Below are positions 19,643 through 30,376 of a stretch of 64,000 nt of DNA, piece after piece. Each line of letters starts with the position of its first letter. The stretch's first letter is position 1. Under the pieces are notes generated by a model that had not been told where the DNA came from, made no database searches, and saw only the letters and a list, made by a program, of their open reading frames with translations. The position numbers and the translations under genes are program-made. Origin of the DNA: Candidatus Levyibacteriota bacterium (GTDB taxonomy: Bacteria; Patescibacteriota; Microgenomatia; Levybacterales; UBA12049); NCBI GenBank assembly GCA_009695045.1, contig SIBS01000003.1, positions 10,561 through 74,560 of the forward strand. The letters run 5' to 3'.

Positions 19643-20587
19643 GTGCATGGAAACAAAAAGATTATTTACCACCCAATGAAATCAAACCACACTCTTGCTC
19701 TTGTAGCTCTTACTATTGCCTCAATAATCTGGGGAGCAACATCATCAATTATGAAACTCACGCTTGAAATCGTACCACTTTTTTCACTCGGCGCAATACG
19801 ATTTTGTATTGCAGCAATTATCCTGCTACCATTTGCAATAACTAATTTACATATCAAGAGAAAACATATTTTACTTCTTATTTTTTCAGCTTTTTGCGGA
19901 ATTACTCTTCATATAAGTATTTTTTTCTGGGGACTTACTCTCACTTCTGCAATAAATTCAAGCATAATTACAGCAACCATTCCCCTATTTACAATTTTTA
20001 TAGCACATAGATTTTTAAGGGAGTCATTAAAAATGAATATATTATTTGGTGCAATACTTGGGCTATTTGGAATTTTAATAATAATTGGAAAAGATATTAT
20101 TCAGGGCATAAATTTATCGCCTACTGGCGACTTTCTACTTCTATTTTCTACTTTCTTATTTATTTTATACGAGATTATGAGTAAGGAATTATTTGCTAAT
20201 TATAAACCTATTCCTATAACTTTCTATGGATTTGTTATTGGGGGCATTTCTTTTCTACCTGGCGCTTTATTAGATTGGCAAAGAAATCCCTTATGGATAT
20301 CTGCGGTAAGAACAGAGCATATATTTGGAATATTATTTGGGATAATATTTTCATCTGTCTTAGCATACTCTTTATGGCAATGGGGACTTTCACAGCTAAC
20401 AGCATCTAGGGTAGGATTTTTCTTCTATATTAATCCTATTGTTGGAACAATTACTGCAGTCTTACTCCTAAATGAGCAGATTACCCCCAGCTTCATGGTG
20501 GGAGCTATTTTTATATTTGCAGGTCTTTTATTAGCTGAAGGAACTTTTAATTTTTATCCGTTTAAAAAAACTCTTAAATCTCAATAA
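19643..20587 (+). CDS. EamA/DMT-family transporter
   Basis: About 10 TM helices with two-repeat EamA-like organisation. Confidence 0.7.
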   Translation: MHGNKKIIYHPMKSNHTLALVALTIASIIWGATSSIMKLTLEIVPLFSLGAIRFCIAAIILLPFAITNLHIKRKHILLLIFSAFCGITLHISIFFWGLTLTSAINSSIITATIPLFTIFIAHRFLRESLKMNILFGAILGLFGILIIIGKDIIQGINLSPTGDFLLLFSTFLFILYEIMSKELFANYKPIPITFYGFVIGGISFLPGALLDWQRNPLWISAVRTEHIFGILFGIIFSSVLAYSLWQWGLSQLTASRVGFFFYINPIVGTITAVLLLNEQITPSFMVGAIFIFAGLLLAEGTFNFYPFKKTLKSQ

Positions 20588-20684
20588 TTATTTAATTATA
20601 TAAACTAATTGATAATAATTTATTACATAGTTTATAGGAGCGATAGATTGTCTTAGCCTAACAAATAGTGTATAATTACATCAA

Positions 20685-20975
20685 ATGAAAGCAAATACGC
20701 ATCCACAATTTTTTGAAACATCAGTTAGCTGTGCCTGTGGAAATGAATTTACAATTGGCTCTACTATAGAAAAAATACATATTGAATTATGCAATAAATG
20801 TCATCCATTTTATACGGGAGAACAACGATTTGTTGATACAGCCTCTCTAATTCAGAAATATCAAAGCAAAAAAGAAAAAGCAGAAGTATATCAGGCACAA
20901 AAAATTGAGAAAACTGAAAAGAAAAAGAAAGATAATTCTCCCAAAACCCTCAGAGAGATGCTTTTAGAATCATAA
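20685..20975 (+). CDS. rpmE: 50S ribosomal protein L31 (Zn-ribbon type) with Lys-rich C-terminal extension
   Basis: CAC...CNKCHPFYTG four-Cys L31 signature. Confidence 0.85.
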   Translation: MKANTHPQFFETSVSCACGNEFTIGSTIEKIHIELCNKCHPFYTGEQRFVDTASLIQKYQSKKEKAEVYQAQKIEKTEKKKKDNSPKTLREMLLES

Positions 20976-21008
20976 GCATATAAGCTATAATCTTCATAGG
21001 TATTTATT

Positions 21009-21932
21009 ATGGATGACTATCGATATACCCTAATTACAGAGTTAGAAAAAAAAATTGAAGAAACTAAAGCACTTCTAATAGATCCTCAACTTGATGAACT
21101 TGCTAATCAAGAAATTACTGAACTTGAAAAACAAAAGAAAATAATAGAACAGAGCATTGAGTCAACATATGGCGATGAAGAAGAAGTGTCTCTTGATGAA
21201 CGCAATATCATATTTGAACTAAGTGGAGCAGCTGGAGGCGAAGAAGCAAAACTATGGGCAGATGAATTACTTCGCATGTATACTCGATTCGCACAAATGC
21301 ATGGCTTTAAGGTAGAGCAGTTAGACGATAATATTATAAAAATTTCAGGGAAAAAAGCATTTGCAACATTCAAATACGAAGCTGGCGTTCACAGAGTTCA
21401 GAGAGTCCCAAAAACAGAAAAAAGAGGTAGAATTCATACATCTACTGCTACGGTCTCTATCCTACCAGAGCTTGAAGACATAGACCTACATGTTAACCCA
21501 GATGATATTGACTTTGAAGCTTTTAGAAGTGGCGGACATGGAGGACAAAATGTAAATAAGGTTTCAACAGCAGTAAGATTAACGCATAGACCAAGCGGAA
21601 TCGTAGTAACATGCCAAACAGAACGTTTTCAGGTACAAAATAGAGAGATTGCAATGAAGATGATTAGAGCAAAACTATGGGAAATAGAAGTTACAAAACA
21701 ACAAACTGAGCTTGCGGAAATCAAACTTACACAAGTTGGCAGAGGTATGAGATCTGAAAAGATACGCACATATAATTTTCCTCAAGATAGGCTTACTGAT
21801 CATAGAATTGGTGAATCTTGGTTTAATCTACCATCAATTCTAGAAGGCAACTTAGACGAAATAATATCAACTATGAAAAAACATGAAGCAGATAATTTGA
21901 AGACTGTTAATACTACTATCCTAGATTCATAA
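21009..21932 (+). CDS. prfA: peptide chain release factor 1
   Basis: GGQ motif ([12 protein letters not shown]) and PKT tripeptide (RF1-type PxT) in [16 protein letters not shown]; 307 aa, short N-terminus. Confidence 0.9.
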   Translation: MDDYRYTLITELEKKIEETKALLIDPQLDELANQEITELEKQKKIIEQSIESTYGDEEEVSLDERNIIFELSGAAGGEEAKLWADELLRMYTRFAQMHGFKVEQLDDNIIKISGKKAFATFKYEAGVHRVQRVPKTEKRGRIHTSTATVSILPELEDIDLHVNPDDIDFEAFRSGGHGGQNVNKVSTAVRLTHRPSGIVVTCQTERFQVQNREIAMKMIRAKLWEIEVTKQQTELAEIKLTQVGRGMRSEKIRTYNFPQDRLTDHRIGESWFNLPSILEGNLDEIISTMKKHEADNLKTVNTTILDS

Positions 21933-23589
21933 AGTCTTGAGATTTAAATTTTTCTACCTTATCTAAATTATCACCGTTAATAATTTTAGCCAGATGCATT
22001 CCCCCTGACAGATGTGGCATTACTACATAATCTGCTCCTGCTTCATATAGTTCTCTTGCTTCCTCAGACTCGTATGCAACAACTATTATTTTTGCTCTTC
22101 TATTTTCTTTATTCATTTTTTTAATTAAAGCAATATTATCATCCATATCATTAATTGTTGAAATTACGAGACGAGCTGTTTTTAGCTGCACTTTTTCTTG
22201 CACATCAATATCTAAAATATCGCCAAGAAGATGTGTAATATTTTTTTGCTTTAATGAATTAATAATATTTGGATCAAAATCTACAACAATTATTTGTTCA
22301 CCATTTTTCTCCAAAGAACGTAGAATTGTGCCACCCATTTGATGACCACCTATAAGAACTATATGATTTTTTAACTCTCCTAAATCATCATACTTCTCCA
22401 CAACATGTTCTTTCCATTGAGGAATTATAAAAAAAGATTCTAAAAATTTATAGACAATATTTGTATTTTGAATAAGTGAACTCGATATTCCGAAAGATAT
22501 AATTGAAACTATAATTATAAGCGATATGACTTCCACAGAAATATGTCCTAATTTATTACCAAAAAAAAGAATTGTCAAACTAAATTCAGATACCTGCCCT
22601 ATTGAAATACCAGAAAAAAAAGAGGTACGCTTTCTAAACCCTAGTCCGCCTAAGATAAAGCTAAGGATATAGGGTTTTAATAAAATTACAAAGATAGAAA
22701 AAATGATTGCAGGAATTAAAATAACTTCTAAATTTTTGAAGGATGATTCAAAGCCTAAAAGAACAAAAAAGATTGTAATAAAAAAATCTCGAAGAGGCCT
22801 TATTTTACCCATTATCTGAAAGTTATGAGGAAAACTTGCTAAAGATAATCCAGCTAAAAATCCGCCCATTTCTATAGAAAAACCAAATAATGGTGAGCTA
22901 ATTATGCCAACAACCCCAAAAACCCATGCTAAACTAAAAAGAAATAATGTCTCCGTTGATTTTGCTGCAATACGAATAATCCAAGGCAATATAGTCTTAC
23001 TGATAAGATAAATCCAAGCTATAAAAAGACATCCTTTCCCTATCACAATCAATATATATATTGGGTCAATTTTTGTTGATTTTGAAAAAGCAGATAGGCC
23101 CATGAGAATAATTACTGCTGCAAAATCCTGAATGAGCAAAATTGATATTGATATTTTTCCATATAAACTAGTTAAATCTTTTTTATCTGATAATAATTTG
23201 ACTATCATTATGGTGCTTGAAAACGTTAAAGCAATTGCAATATAGGATGATACTATTGCAGAAAAACCAAGAAGTGTAGCTAAATAAAATCCAGCTAAAA
23301 AAGTAATTAGTACTTGTCCTAGTCCAGCAAGAATTGCCGTGGGACCAATAGATCGAAAATCATCCAATTTCAGTTCTAGACCTACCATAAAGAGCATCAG
23401 TGTAATACCAACCTGCGCAAAAGAACGAAGTGATTCTACATCATGTAATTTAATTATGGAAATTGGACCTAAAATAATCCCAGTTGCAATATAGGCTAAG
23501 ATTAATGGTTGTCGAATAGATCGAAGAAAAATTGCAAATAATGAAGCTATAATAATAATAATTGCAACATCTATAAAAACATCACCCAT
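21916..23589 (-). CDS. CPA2-family K+/H+ antiporter (Kef-like) with C-terminal RCK/TrkA-N domain
   Basis: About 12 TM helices followed by [17 protein letters not shown], a Rossmann GxGxxG motif. The start is probably the internal MGDVFIDV. Confidence 0.8.
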   Translation of the reverse strand: MGDVFIDVAIIIIIASLFAIFLRSIRQPLILAYIATGIILGPISIIKLHDVESLRSFAQVGITLMLFMVGLELKLDDFRSIGPTAILAGLGQVLITFLAGFYLATLLGFSAIVSSYIAIALTFSSTIMIVKLLSDKKDLTSLYGKISISILLIQDFAAVIILMGLSAFSKSTKIDPIYILIVIGKGCLFIAWIYLISKTILPWIIRIAAKSTETLFLFSLAWVFGVVGIISSPLFGFSIEMGGFLAGLSLASFPHNFQIMGKIRPLRDFFITIFFVLLGFESSFKNLEVILIPAIIFSIFVILLKPYILSFILGGLGFRKRTSFFSGISIGQVSEFSLTILFFGNKLGHISVEVISLIIIVSIISFGISSSLIQNTNIVYKFLESFFIIPQWKEHVVEKYDDLGELKNHIVLIGGHQMGGTILRSLEKNGEQIIVVDFDPNIINSLKQKNITHLLGDILDIDVQEKVQLKTARLVISTINDMDDNIALIKKMNKENRRAKIIVVAYESEEARELYEAGADYVVMPHLSGGMHLAKIINGDNLDKVEKFKSQDFMNLG

Positions 23590-23702
23590 CGTATAATTAT
23601 GAGATATAAAGAAGTAAGTATCAAGTAGAAAATTAGAATATAAAAATAATTGATATATTATCAAGCATTAAATGTATTTTCTATAAAATTAACTACTGAT
23701 AA

Positions 23703-24956
23703 TTATTTAACTAATTCTCCAATTGCTTTCTCAAGCTGAATATCATGAGAAGGATCTACTTGGTCATAATCAACTGATAAATCGGGTACAAGTCCCTTGC
23801 CATGAACCCATGTACCATTTGGCGTGAGCCATTTTGCAATCGTTACATGTAGACCTGCACCACCGCCTAGATCTTCTGCTTGCTGAATAGTACCCTTACC
23901 AAATGAGATTGTCCCAACTAATGTTGCCCTTTTATGATCTCTTAATGCCCCAGCAACTATTTCGCTTGCTGATGCTGATCCCTTGTTAAGAATTATAACA
24001 ATCTTTTCCTTAGTAAAAAGACCGTTACGATCTACGGAAAAATTAATTTTCTCACCATTTCCCTTATCTTGGGTTACCACAACTCCACTCTTAAGAAATT
24101 CAGAAGCAACAAATGTTGCATCAGAGAGATATCCTCCTGGATTATTTCTAAGATCAAATACAATTCCTTTTATATTTAATTTTTTAGATTCAGCTGATAA
24201 TTTTTTAACAACACCAAACCATTCCTGATTGGTATTATCTCCAAATTGAGAAAGACTAATATACATAATTGAATCATTTACTGAAAGATTATCTTTTTTT
24301 ATTCCATCTATATCTTTGATATTTTTTACCCAACCATTAACACTTTTTATAGTAATTGTATCCCGCTTTATACTAATATCCTTTGTTAGCTCATCAATTT
24401 TTCTAAATATAGTTAGAGTTACATTGGTTCCCTTAGGACCCCTTATCTTATCTACCGCCTGTGAAAGAGTCCAATCATATATTGGCTTATTATCAATCTT
24501 TACTATGGTATCACCTGCTTTTATTCCTGCCTTAATTGCGGGACTACCAGCTAATGGAGCAATTACAATAATTTGTTTATCTTTAATCCCTAGCGATGCA
24601 CCTATTCCCTCAAATTGACCTGCAAGACCCTGTTTAAAATCATCATTTTGCTTTGGTGGCAAATAAACTGTGTATGGGTCATCAAGAGACTGAAGCATTC
24701 CAGCAATTGCTGAATTTACCATTTTTTGATGATTTAAAGATTTCTTATTATAGTATGTTTCTTCTATCTTTTTCCATACCACCCAAAATTGAGAAAAATC
24801 AACATTGCCAATTACGGATGGGGCTTCTTTATTTTCAACGGATATAGATGAGCTACTTTTTTTCCATCCCAACTTTACTTCAGAAGTGCCGACATTATAT
24901 CCTACAAAAAATGATATTAAAACAATAATGAGAAATTGAAGACTTCTTATTTTCAT
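23703..24956 (-). CDS. carboxyl-terminal processing protease (S41, CtpA/Prc-like) with PDZ domain
   Basis: PDZ region GIGASLG...AGIKAGDTIVKID. S41 motifs GVVFDLRNNPGGYL and NKGSASASEIVAGAL. The start is trimmed to the MKIRSLQF signal sequence to avoid overlapping rpsR. Confidence 0.85.
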   Translation of the reverse strand: MKIRSLQFLIIVLISFFVGYNVGTSEVKLGWKKSSSSISVENKEAPSVIGNVDFSQFWVVWKKIEETYYNKKSLNHQKMVNSAIAGMLQSLDDPYTVYLPPKQNDDFKQGLAGQFEGIGASLGIKDKQIIVIAPLAGSPAIKAGIKAGDTIVKIDNKPIYDWTLSQAVDKIRGPKGTNVTLTIFRKIDELTKDISIKRDTITIKSVNGWVKNIKDIDGIKKDNLSVNDSIMYISLSQFGDNTNQEWFGVVKKLSAESKKLNIKGIVFDLRNNPGGYLSDATFVASEFLKSGVVVTQDKGNGEKINFSVDRNGLFTKEKIVIILNKGSASASEIVAGALRDHKRATLVGTISFGKGTIQQAEDLGGGAGLHVTIAKWLTPNGTWVHGKGLVPDLSVDYDQVDPSHDIQLEKAIGELVK

Positions 24957-24982
24957 TAAATCAAGAAATTTTATTCTGGAGA

Positions 24983-25228
24983 CTAAACTCTTACTACAAA
25001 AGGTAAAAGAGCTAGGTGTCTTGCGTGCTTTACGGATGACGTTAATCGTCTTTGATGCTTTGCGCAAATTCCAGATCTACTTCTTGGAATAATCTTACCA
25101 CGTTCTGTAACAAATCTTTGTAAGACTTCTACTTCTGAAAACCATGGCAATTTTTTTTCTTCACAGAAGCTACATTTCTTTGGTACTATCATTCTCTTTG
25201 GTCGCCTCATTGGTCTCTTTGGTTTCAT
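24983..25228 (-). CDS. rpsR: 30S ribosomal protein S18
   Basis: ERGKIIPRSRSGICAKHQRRLTSSVKHARHLALLPF. Confidence 0.85.
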   Translation of the reverse strand: MKPKRPMRRPKRMIVPKKCSFCEEKKLPWFSEVEVLQRFVTERGKIIPRSRSGICAKHQRRLTSSVKHARHLALLPFVVRV

Positions 25229-25284
25229 AAATTTTACTCCTTATTATTTAATATTTTTATGATCTATTTCAGAATATCTATGTT

Positions 25285-25794
25285 TTAAAATGGTATATCA
25301 TCTGGTACAACATCTTCATTTCTTGAGGGAGCTACTTTACCCTCTTTTAATTCTACTTTAGATTTAGATAAATTCGTTTTATCATTTTTAATTTCTTCAG
25401 AAACAACTTGAGAAGATGAATTAACTCCTTGTGATTCCACTTCTCCAGCATCTTCTGGGCGTCTACTATCCAAAAGAACCATATCCTCTATTATTATCTC
25501 TGTTGCATTTTTTTGCTGTCCATCTTGTGATGTCCATGTTCTAGTGGTAAGCCTTCCTTCCACGTAAACTTTTCTTCCCTTAGCTAAATACTGACTACAC
25601 AGCTCGCTCAATTTACCCCATGCAACAATTCTGTGATATTCTACTTCTTCATGCTTTTCTCCATCTTCTGTTGTCCAATTTCTATTGGTTGCAATAGAAA
25701 AAGAACAAACAGCTTTTCCTGTTGGCGTATAACGAAGTTCAGGATCGCGTGTAAGATTACCTATCAATTGAACCTTATTTAAACTTTTTGCCAT
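25285..25794 (-). CDS. ssb: single-stranded DNA-binding protein
   Basis: OB-fold N-terminus VQLIGNLTRDPELRYTPTGKAV and the acidic C-terminal tip DDIPF. Confidence 0.9.
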   Translation of the reverse strand: MAKSLNKVQLIGNLTRDPELRYTPTGKAVCSFSIATNRNWTTEDGEKHEEVEYHRIVAWGKLSELCSQYLAKGRKVYVEGRLTTRTWTSQDGQQKNATEIIIEDMVLLDSRRPEDAGEVESQGVNSSSQVVSEEIKNDKTNLSKSKVELKEGKVAPSRNEDVVPDDIPF

Positions 25795-25806
25795 TTTGTT
25801 ATTATA

Positions 25807-26109
25807 TTATTTTTTTCTCACAAGTAAGTGTCTTAAAATATCTTCATTTCCCATTATTCTCTTTTCAAAATCCTTAGGAATTCCACCAGTCCCTATTCCA
25901 ACTGAGGGAAGATCTGAATCAAGTAAATAATCTACATAAAACCCAGAATTTTCTTTCTTAATAGCATAAGCTAAGGGTTTTTGTCCCCATTCACTTTCTT
26001 TTGCTACTCTTACTTCTCTTAGCCACGATTTTACTGTCTCTAGTAATTTATTTCTTTTTGCTTCAACCAAAGATGATCGTAGCACTAAAACTAATTCGTA
26101 TTGTCGCAT
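25807..26109 (-). CDS. rpsF: 30S ribosomal protein S6
   Basis: MRQYELVLVLRSSL N-terminus; lies in an rpsF-ssb-rpsR arrangement. Confidence 0.8.
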   Translation of the reverse strand: MRQYELVLVLRSSLVEAKRNKLLETVKSWLREVRVAKESEWGQKPLAYAIKKENSGFYVDYLLDSDLPSVGIGTGGIPKDFEKRIMGNEDILRHLLVRKK

Positions 26110-26169
26110 TGGATAGATTATTGCATACAAGGCTAAAAAATACAAGAGGCACGAATTTAAAAATACTTT

Positions 26170-27273
26170 TTATGATCCTATCCTAAACTCCACCACGTCA
26201 CCATCTTTAAATATGTAATCTTTTCCTTCAAATCTTGCTTTACCGACTTCCCTGCTACCTTTCCATCCATTATTAACAATGAAATCAGAAAAGGAAACAA
26301 TTTCTGCCTTAATAAACTTCTTTATAAAATCTGTGTGTATAACGCCAGCTGCATCTACTGCTTTAATACCAATTGGAATAGTCCACGCTCGAACTTCTTT
26401 TTCACCAGCAGTCAAAAAAGATATAAGACCTAATGCCTCATATGCTTTTTTTATAACACGTTCAAGGCCAGATTGACTAATACCAATTCCCAGTAAATAT
26501 TCACCTTGCTCATGTATATCAAGCTCTGATAATTCTGATTCTACTTTTGCACAAACAACAGTAATTATATTTTTAGACACATCTAATATTTGACTATATT
26601 TTATAATCAATTCTGGAATTTTATCCTCAGTATAATCTTCTTCCGAAACATTCAGGACCAAAATTTCTCTTTTTGCAGATAGCAAAAATAATTGTTTTGA
26701 AAATGCCTGCTCTTCATCAGTTAGAGATACGCTTCTTGCTGGTATTCCAGCACTCAATGCTTTAAAAAGTTTTTCTATTGAATCTTTTTCTGATTGTAAT
26801 TGAAAACGCTTCATTTTACTCATTTGAACCTGCACGCTTGCTAGATCTGCCAACATGAGCTCCATTTCTATTGCTTGATAATCGTCTTTTGGCGAAATAC
26901 TTCCTTCCCGCATTACATTCTCATCAGAAAAAACACGCACAATATGACAGATAATATCTACCTCTCTTATATGTGATAAAAATTTATTACCTAATCCTGC
27001 ACCATTACTTGCGCCCTTTACAAGTCCAGCAATATCTAAAAATTCTACCGTTGCACACCTTATGGGTGGTAGCTGTGGAATTTTTTCTTCATTCTTAGTT
27101 ATTTCTGCAATCTTATCCAATCTATCATCCGGAACTGGCACTACTCCAACATTTGGCTCAATTGTTGCAAAAGGATAATTCGCAACCAAAGCTTGTTGCT
27201 TTTTTAGCAATGCATTAAATAACGTAGATTTTCCAATGTTTGGAAGACCAACTATTCCTACGGATAAATTCAT
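26170..27273 (-). CDS. ychF: ribosome-binding ATPase YchF
   Basis: VGIVGLPNIGKSTLFNAL...ANYPFATIEPNVGVV plus a C-terminal TGS domain. Confidence 0.9.
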   Translation of the reverse strand: MNLSVGIVGLPNIGKSTLFNALLKKQQALVANYPFATIEPNVGVVPVPDDRLDKIAEITKNEEKIPQLPPIRCATVEFLDIAGLVKGASNGAGLGNKFLSHIREVDIICHIVRVFSDENVMREGSISPKDDYQAIEMELMLADLASVQVQMSKMKRFQLQSEKDSIEKLFKALSAGIPARSVSLTDEEQAFSKQLFLLSAKREILVLNVSEEDYTEDKIPELIIKYSQILDVSKNIITVVCAKVESELSELDIHEQGEYLLGIGISQSGLERVIKKAYEALGLISFLTAGEKEVRAWTIPIGIKAVDAAGVIHTDFIKKFIKAEIVSFSDFIVNNGWKGSREVGKARFEGKDYIFKDGDVVEFRIGS

Positions 27274-27501
27274 ATGTCGTGTTTAGGGTTGATAATAAAA
27301 ATAATCTCAATACTTCACCCCTATTATTTTATTTAAGAATAACTATATCAAACTAAGTCTTAATTAGCTTCTCTTTATTTTCATATTTTACATTATCTAA
27401 CATATTTTTGCTGCATAAAAATATCATCAATCTAAATACTGCCTAAGTTTATATTACTAGATTATGTTTTAATATTTTCAATCTTTTTTTAATAACACTA
27501 C

Positions 27502-28524
27502 TCATATGATTTCAATTACTCCTGTAAACATGCCCATTGAGCAGGCGAATCTAATCCTTCCTGTCTTTTTAGGAGTAAATGTAAACGTATAGGTTTCATT
27601 TACTTGTAAATTCTTACTTATACCAAGCGCTGGTATCCTAAATGCAGAAGCACAACTATAAACTTCTTTTCCGATGAGTTTTATGGTTACAAAAGATCCT
27701 TTCTTGATTCTTATATAGTTAGGTGAATATCCACTAGTGCTTACTATAATCTCGACAGATTGATTTACATAATCTTCAATATGCAATTTTTCTTCATTCC
27801 TTGGTGTTATATAAAGCCTAAAATTATCAATAAGTGTATGTGAATTTATAGGAAAATCCAACGCAATAAGCGCACCATTAATTGAAGAAATACCCAAATA
27901 AATCACTACTACAGCTGCCATCTTTAAGAATTTGCCTCTAAAACTATCTCCCAATATACTTGTTAACCACCCTATTCCAAAAAATAAAGGCATTGTTCCT
28001 AGTACAAATGCTGCCATAATTACAGCTCCTAAAAAGGGACTTGAAGTGCTTATTGCTAAAGCCTCTATGGCAAGCGTTGTTCCACAGGGAATTAAAATAG
28101 TCATCAGGCCTAATAAAGCAGGAGCAAATAGTTCTTTGCTTTTTGATTGATTCCTCACTCTTCTAGTTAAAAACTTTGGTGGCTGAATCACAGCATATCT
28201 AAATATTGGATGGATATTTAATAAATTAAGTGCAACAGCAATCATATATAATCCAGCTGCAAACTGCATTATTATTTGAGCTACTTGACTAATAGCAATA
28301 GCTCTTCCAAAAATTCCAAGCATAAAACCAAAAATAGTATAAATAATGAGTTTGGTTGCTAGAAATATAAGAGTAGGAAATACAGTATTTCTTTTATTTA
28401 TTCCCTTTTTTACTTCTTCACCTTCTTTAGCTGCAATTACTGAAGCAAGAAGTCCTCCTTGAACCGCTAAGCAAGTTAGTCCTCCTACTGTTAGTCCTGT
28501 TAAAAATACTGGCAATAAGTTCAT
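27502..28524 (-). CDS. membrane protein: DsbD_2/CcdA-like TM core fused to C-terminal cupredoxin-like domain
   Basis: TM Cys motifs (LTCLAVQGG, IPCGTT). The C-terminal 100 aa contains YSCASAF...FACSMGMFTGVIEI, resembling a type-1 Cu ligand arrangement (C..H/M..M). Confidence 0.45.
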   Translation of the reverse strand: MNLLPVFLTGLTVGGLTCLAVQGGLLASVIAAKEGEEVKKGINKRNTVFPTLIFLATKLIIYTIFGFMLGIFGRAIAISQVAQIIMQFAAGLYMIAVALNLLNIHPIFRYAVIQPPKFLTRRVRNQSKSKELFAPALLGLMTILIPCGTTLAIEALAISTSSPFLGAVIMAAFVLGTMPLFFGIGWLTSILGDSFRGKFLKMAAVVVIYLGISSINGALIALDFPINSHTLIDNFRLYITPRNEEKLHIEDYVNQSVEIIVSTSGYSPNYIRIKKGSFVTIKLIGKEVYSCASAFRIPALGISKNLQVNETYTFTFTPKKTGRIRFACSMGMFTGVIEII

Positions 28525-28528
28525 ATAT

Positions 28529-29050
28529 TTATATTTTTGCTCTCTTTAATAATAATGAATTGCTAATGACTGATACTGATGATAATGCCATATATACCCC
28601 TGCAATAGCAGGACTAATCATGATTCCAATAAGTGGATACAACGCACCAGCCGCAATTGGAATACCAACAGTATTGTAAAAAAATGCCCAGAAAAGATTT
28701 TGTTTTATTACCCGCATGGTTACGCGAGCAAGCTTAATTGCTCTTGGCAACTTAGAGATATGACCACCAAGAAGCGTGATATCTGATGACTCTATAGCAA
28801 CATCAGTACCTTTTCCCATCGCAACGCCCACATCAGCAGTTGCCAAAGCTGGCGCATCATTGATACCGTCTCCGACCATCGCCACCCTAAAGCCCTCTTT
28901 TTGTAGTTTTTTTATTTCATTTGCCTTATCTACTGGAAGCACTTCAGCGATAACTCGATCAATTCCTACTTGTTTAGCAATATACTCAGCGGTTCTCATA
29001 TTATCTCCTGTAAGCATTGCAACCTTAATACCAAGCTTGTGAAGTGCCAC
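28529..29050 (-). pseudogene. C-terminal fragment of a heavy-metal P1B-type ATPase (CopA/ZntA-like), N-terminally truncated remnant
   Basis: Only 173 aa. VAMLTGDN...GDGINDAPALATADVGVAMG hinge plus the last TM helices. No DKTGT, TGE or CPC region, and only about 110 nt before the next gene. Confidence 0.6.
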
Positions 29051-29158
29051 AACTGTTTCTTTTGCATCATATTTTATAGTATCAGCTATGGCATTATGAT
29101 CAGTATCAGCATCGTTATATCCTATATTTTCAGGAGTTTTATAAACCTCTCCATTATT

Positions 29159-29890
29159 CTACCACTTTGCTACAATAAACTTCTCATCAAATAATTCAAA
29201 CACCTGTAAATTCCAAGGACGAGGTGTATAATGAGATTCTCCCTTATCAAAGTCCCATTTCCAGTCAGCAAACAGTAAATCTATTTTGCCATCGTTATTT
29301 AAGTCAGTAACTTCTGTAAAATCAGTATCACCTACTATCGGAAATGATTGTGTTGTGTTTTTTAGTTTGTCGACTATGTTAATTGAAGGCTTAGGATCCT
29401 CGGAAAAAGGATAGCCTGCCACAGGTTTTATCTGCCCATCTTTATTTGAAAAAATAATTATCCCCTTGAAACCAGAACTTCCACCCCAGTTTATTTCCCA
29501 TACCCCAATAAAGTAATCCTTAACTGGTTTGAAATCATATAAATTAATATTATTTCCTCTATCAAATTTTCCATCAGATGCTTCTGTCGTAAAACTAATT
29601 TCATAAAGTGATTGTATTTTCTGAGTATTTAGGTCTTGTATTATTACAGACGGTGCAGCTTTTTCATCATAAGCACCATTTGATCCTTCCCCACAACAAG
29701 TTGTAGTTGATAGTGCAGAAGTAACTATAAAATTACCAGATGACCAAGATTTTAAAATGAATTTATCACTGTATTGTTCTCTAAGGAAGATAGATAAAAA
29801 CTGTTCCTTCTGAAATTGGTTCTTACTGAAATAGAAAAAGAATCCAACCGAGATTATTAGCAAAAATATCCATACTATTTTATTTTTCAT
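29159..29890 (-). CDS. hypothetical secreted protein with a single FG-GAP/integrin-like DxNxDGxxD motif
   Basis: Signal-like N-terminus; TDLNNDGKIDLLFADW. Confidence 0.45.
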   Translation of the reverse strand: MKNKIVWIFLLIISVGFFFYFSKNQFQKEQFLSIFLREQYSDKFILKSWSSGNFIVTSALSTTTCCGEGSNGAYDEKAAPSVIIQDLNTQKIQSLYEISFTTEASDGKFDRGNNINLYDFKPVKDYFIGVWEINWGGSSGFKGIIIFSNKDGQIKPVAGYPFSEDPKPSINIVDKLKNTTQSFPIVGDTDFTEVTDLNNDGKIDLLFADWKWDFDKGESHYTPRPWNLQVFELFDEKFIVAKW

Positions 29891-30079
29891 TTCTCAAATT
29901 CTCTTACTGCCTGTCGATATTTACAAAAATCACAATCTTCACCGCTATCAGGAAGTTTGTCTGATTTTAAACATTCTATTGCATCAAATACTACTCCCTC
30001 AACCAAGGAATCATCACCAGTATAGGGAATAATCTTAATATCAAATTCCAGTTTTGCGTCAAAGGTTTTTTGTCTAATT

Positions 30080-30376
30080 CTAACTATGCTTTTTAGAATA
30101 AGCAGCTAAAAAGAATAGTATTGCCCCAATAAAATCAATGGGAACCCAGCTTTGTTTATTAGGATATATAGGATAAAGTGAATTAAAGAGAAATGCCACT
30201 GCTCCAAAGATAATCATCCATGAGGTGAGATTTGATTTATAAAATCCCCATGCAACCGTTATAGAAGTTAAAAATATTACTATTCGTAATAGCTGATAAA
30301 ATCCATAAGGCCAACCAGAGGGGATTGATATTAAAAGCATCCCTCCTGAAATAATGCAGATCCATTTTAAATTCAT
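30080..30376 (-). CDS. small integral membrane protein (98 aa, about 3 TM)
   Basis: Hydrophobic ORF ending with TAG. A start-less coding-like frame continues downstream (see findings). Confidence 0.45.
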   Translation of the reverse strand: MNLKWICIISGGMLLISIPSGWPYGFYQLLRIVIFLTSITVAWGFYKSNLTSWMIIFGAVAFLFNSLYPIYPNKQSWVPIDFIGAILFFLAAYSKKHS

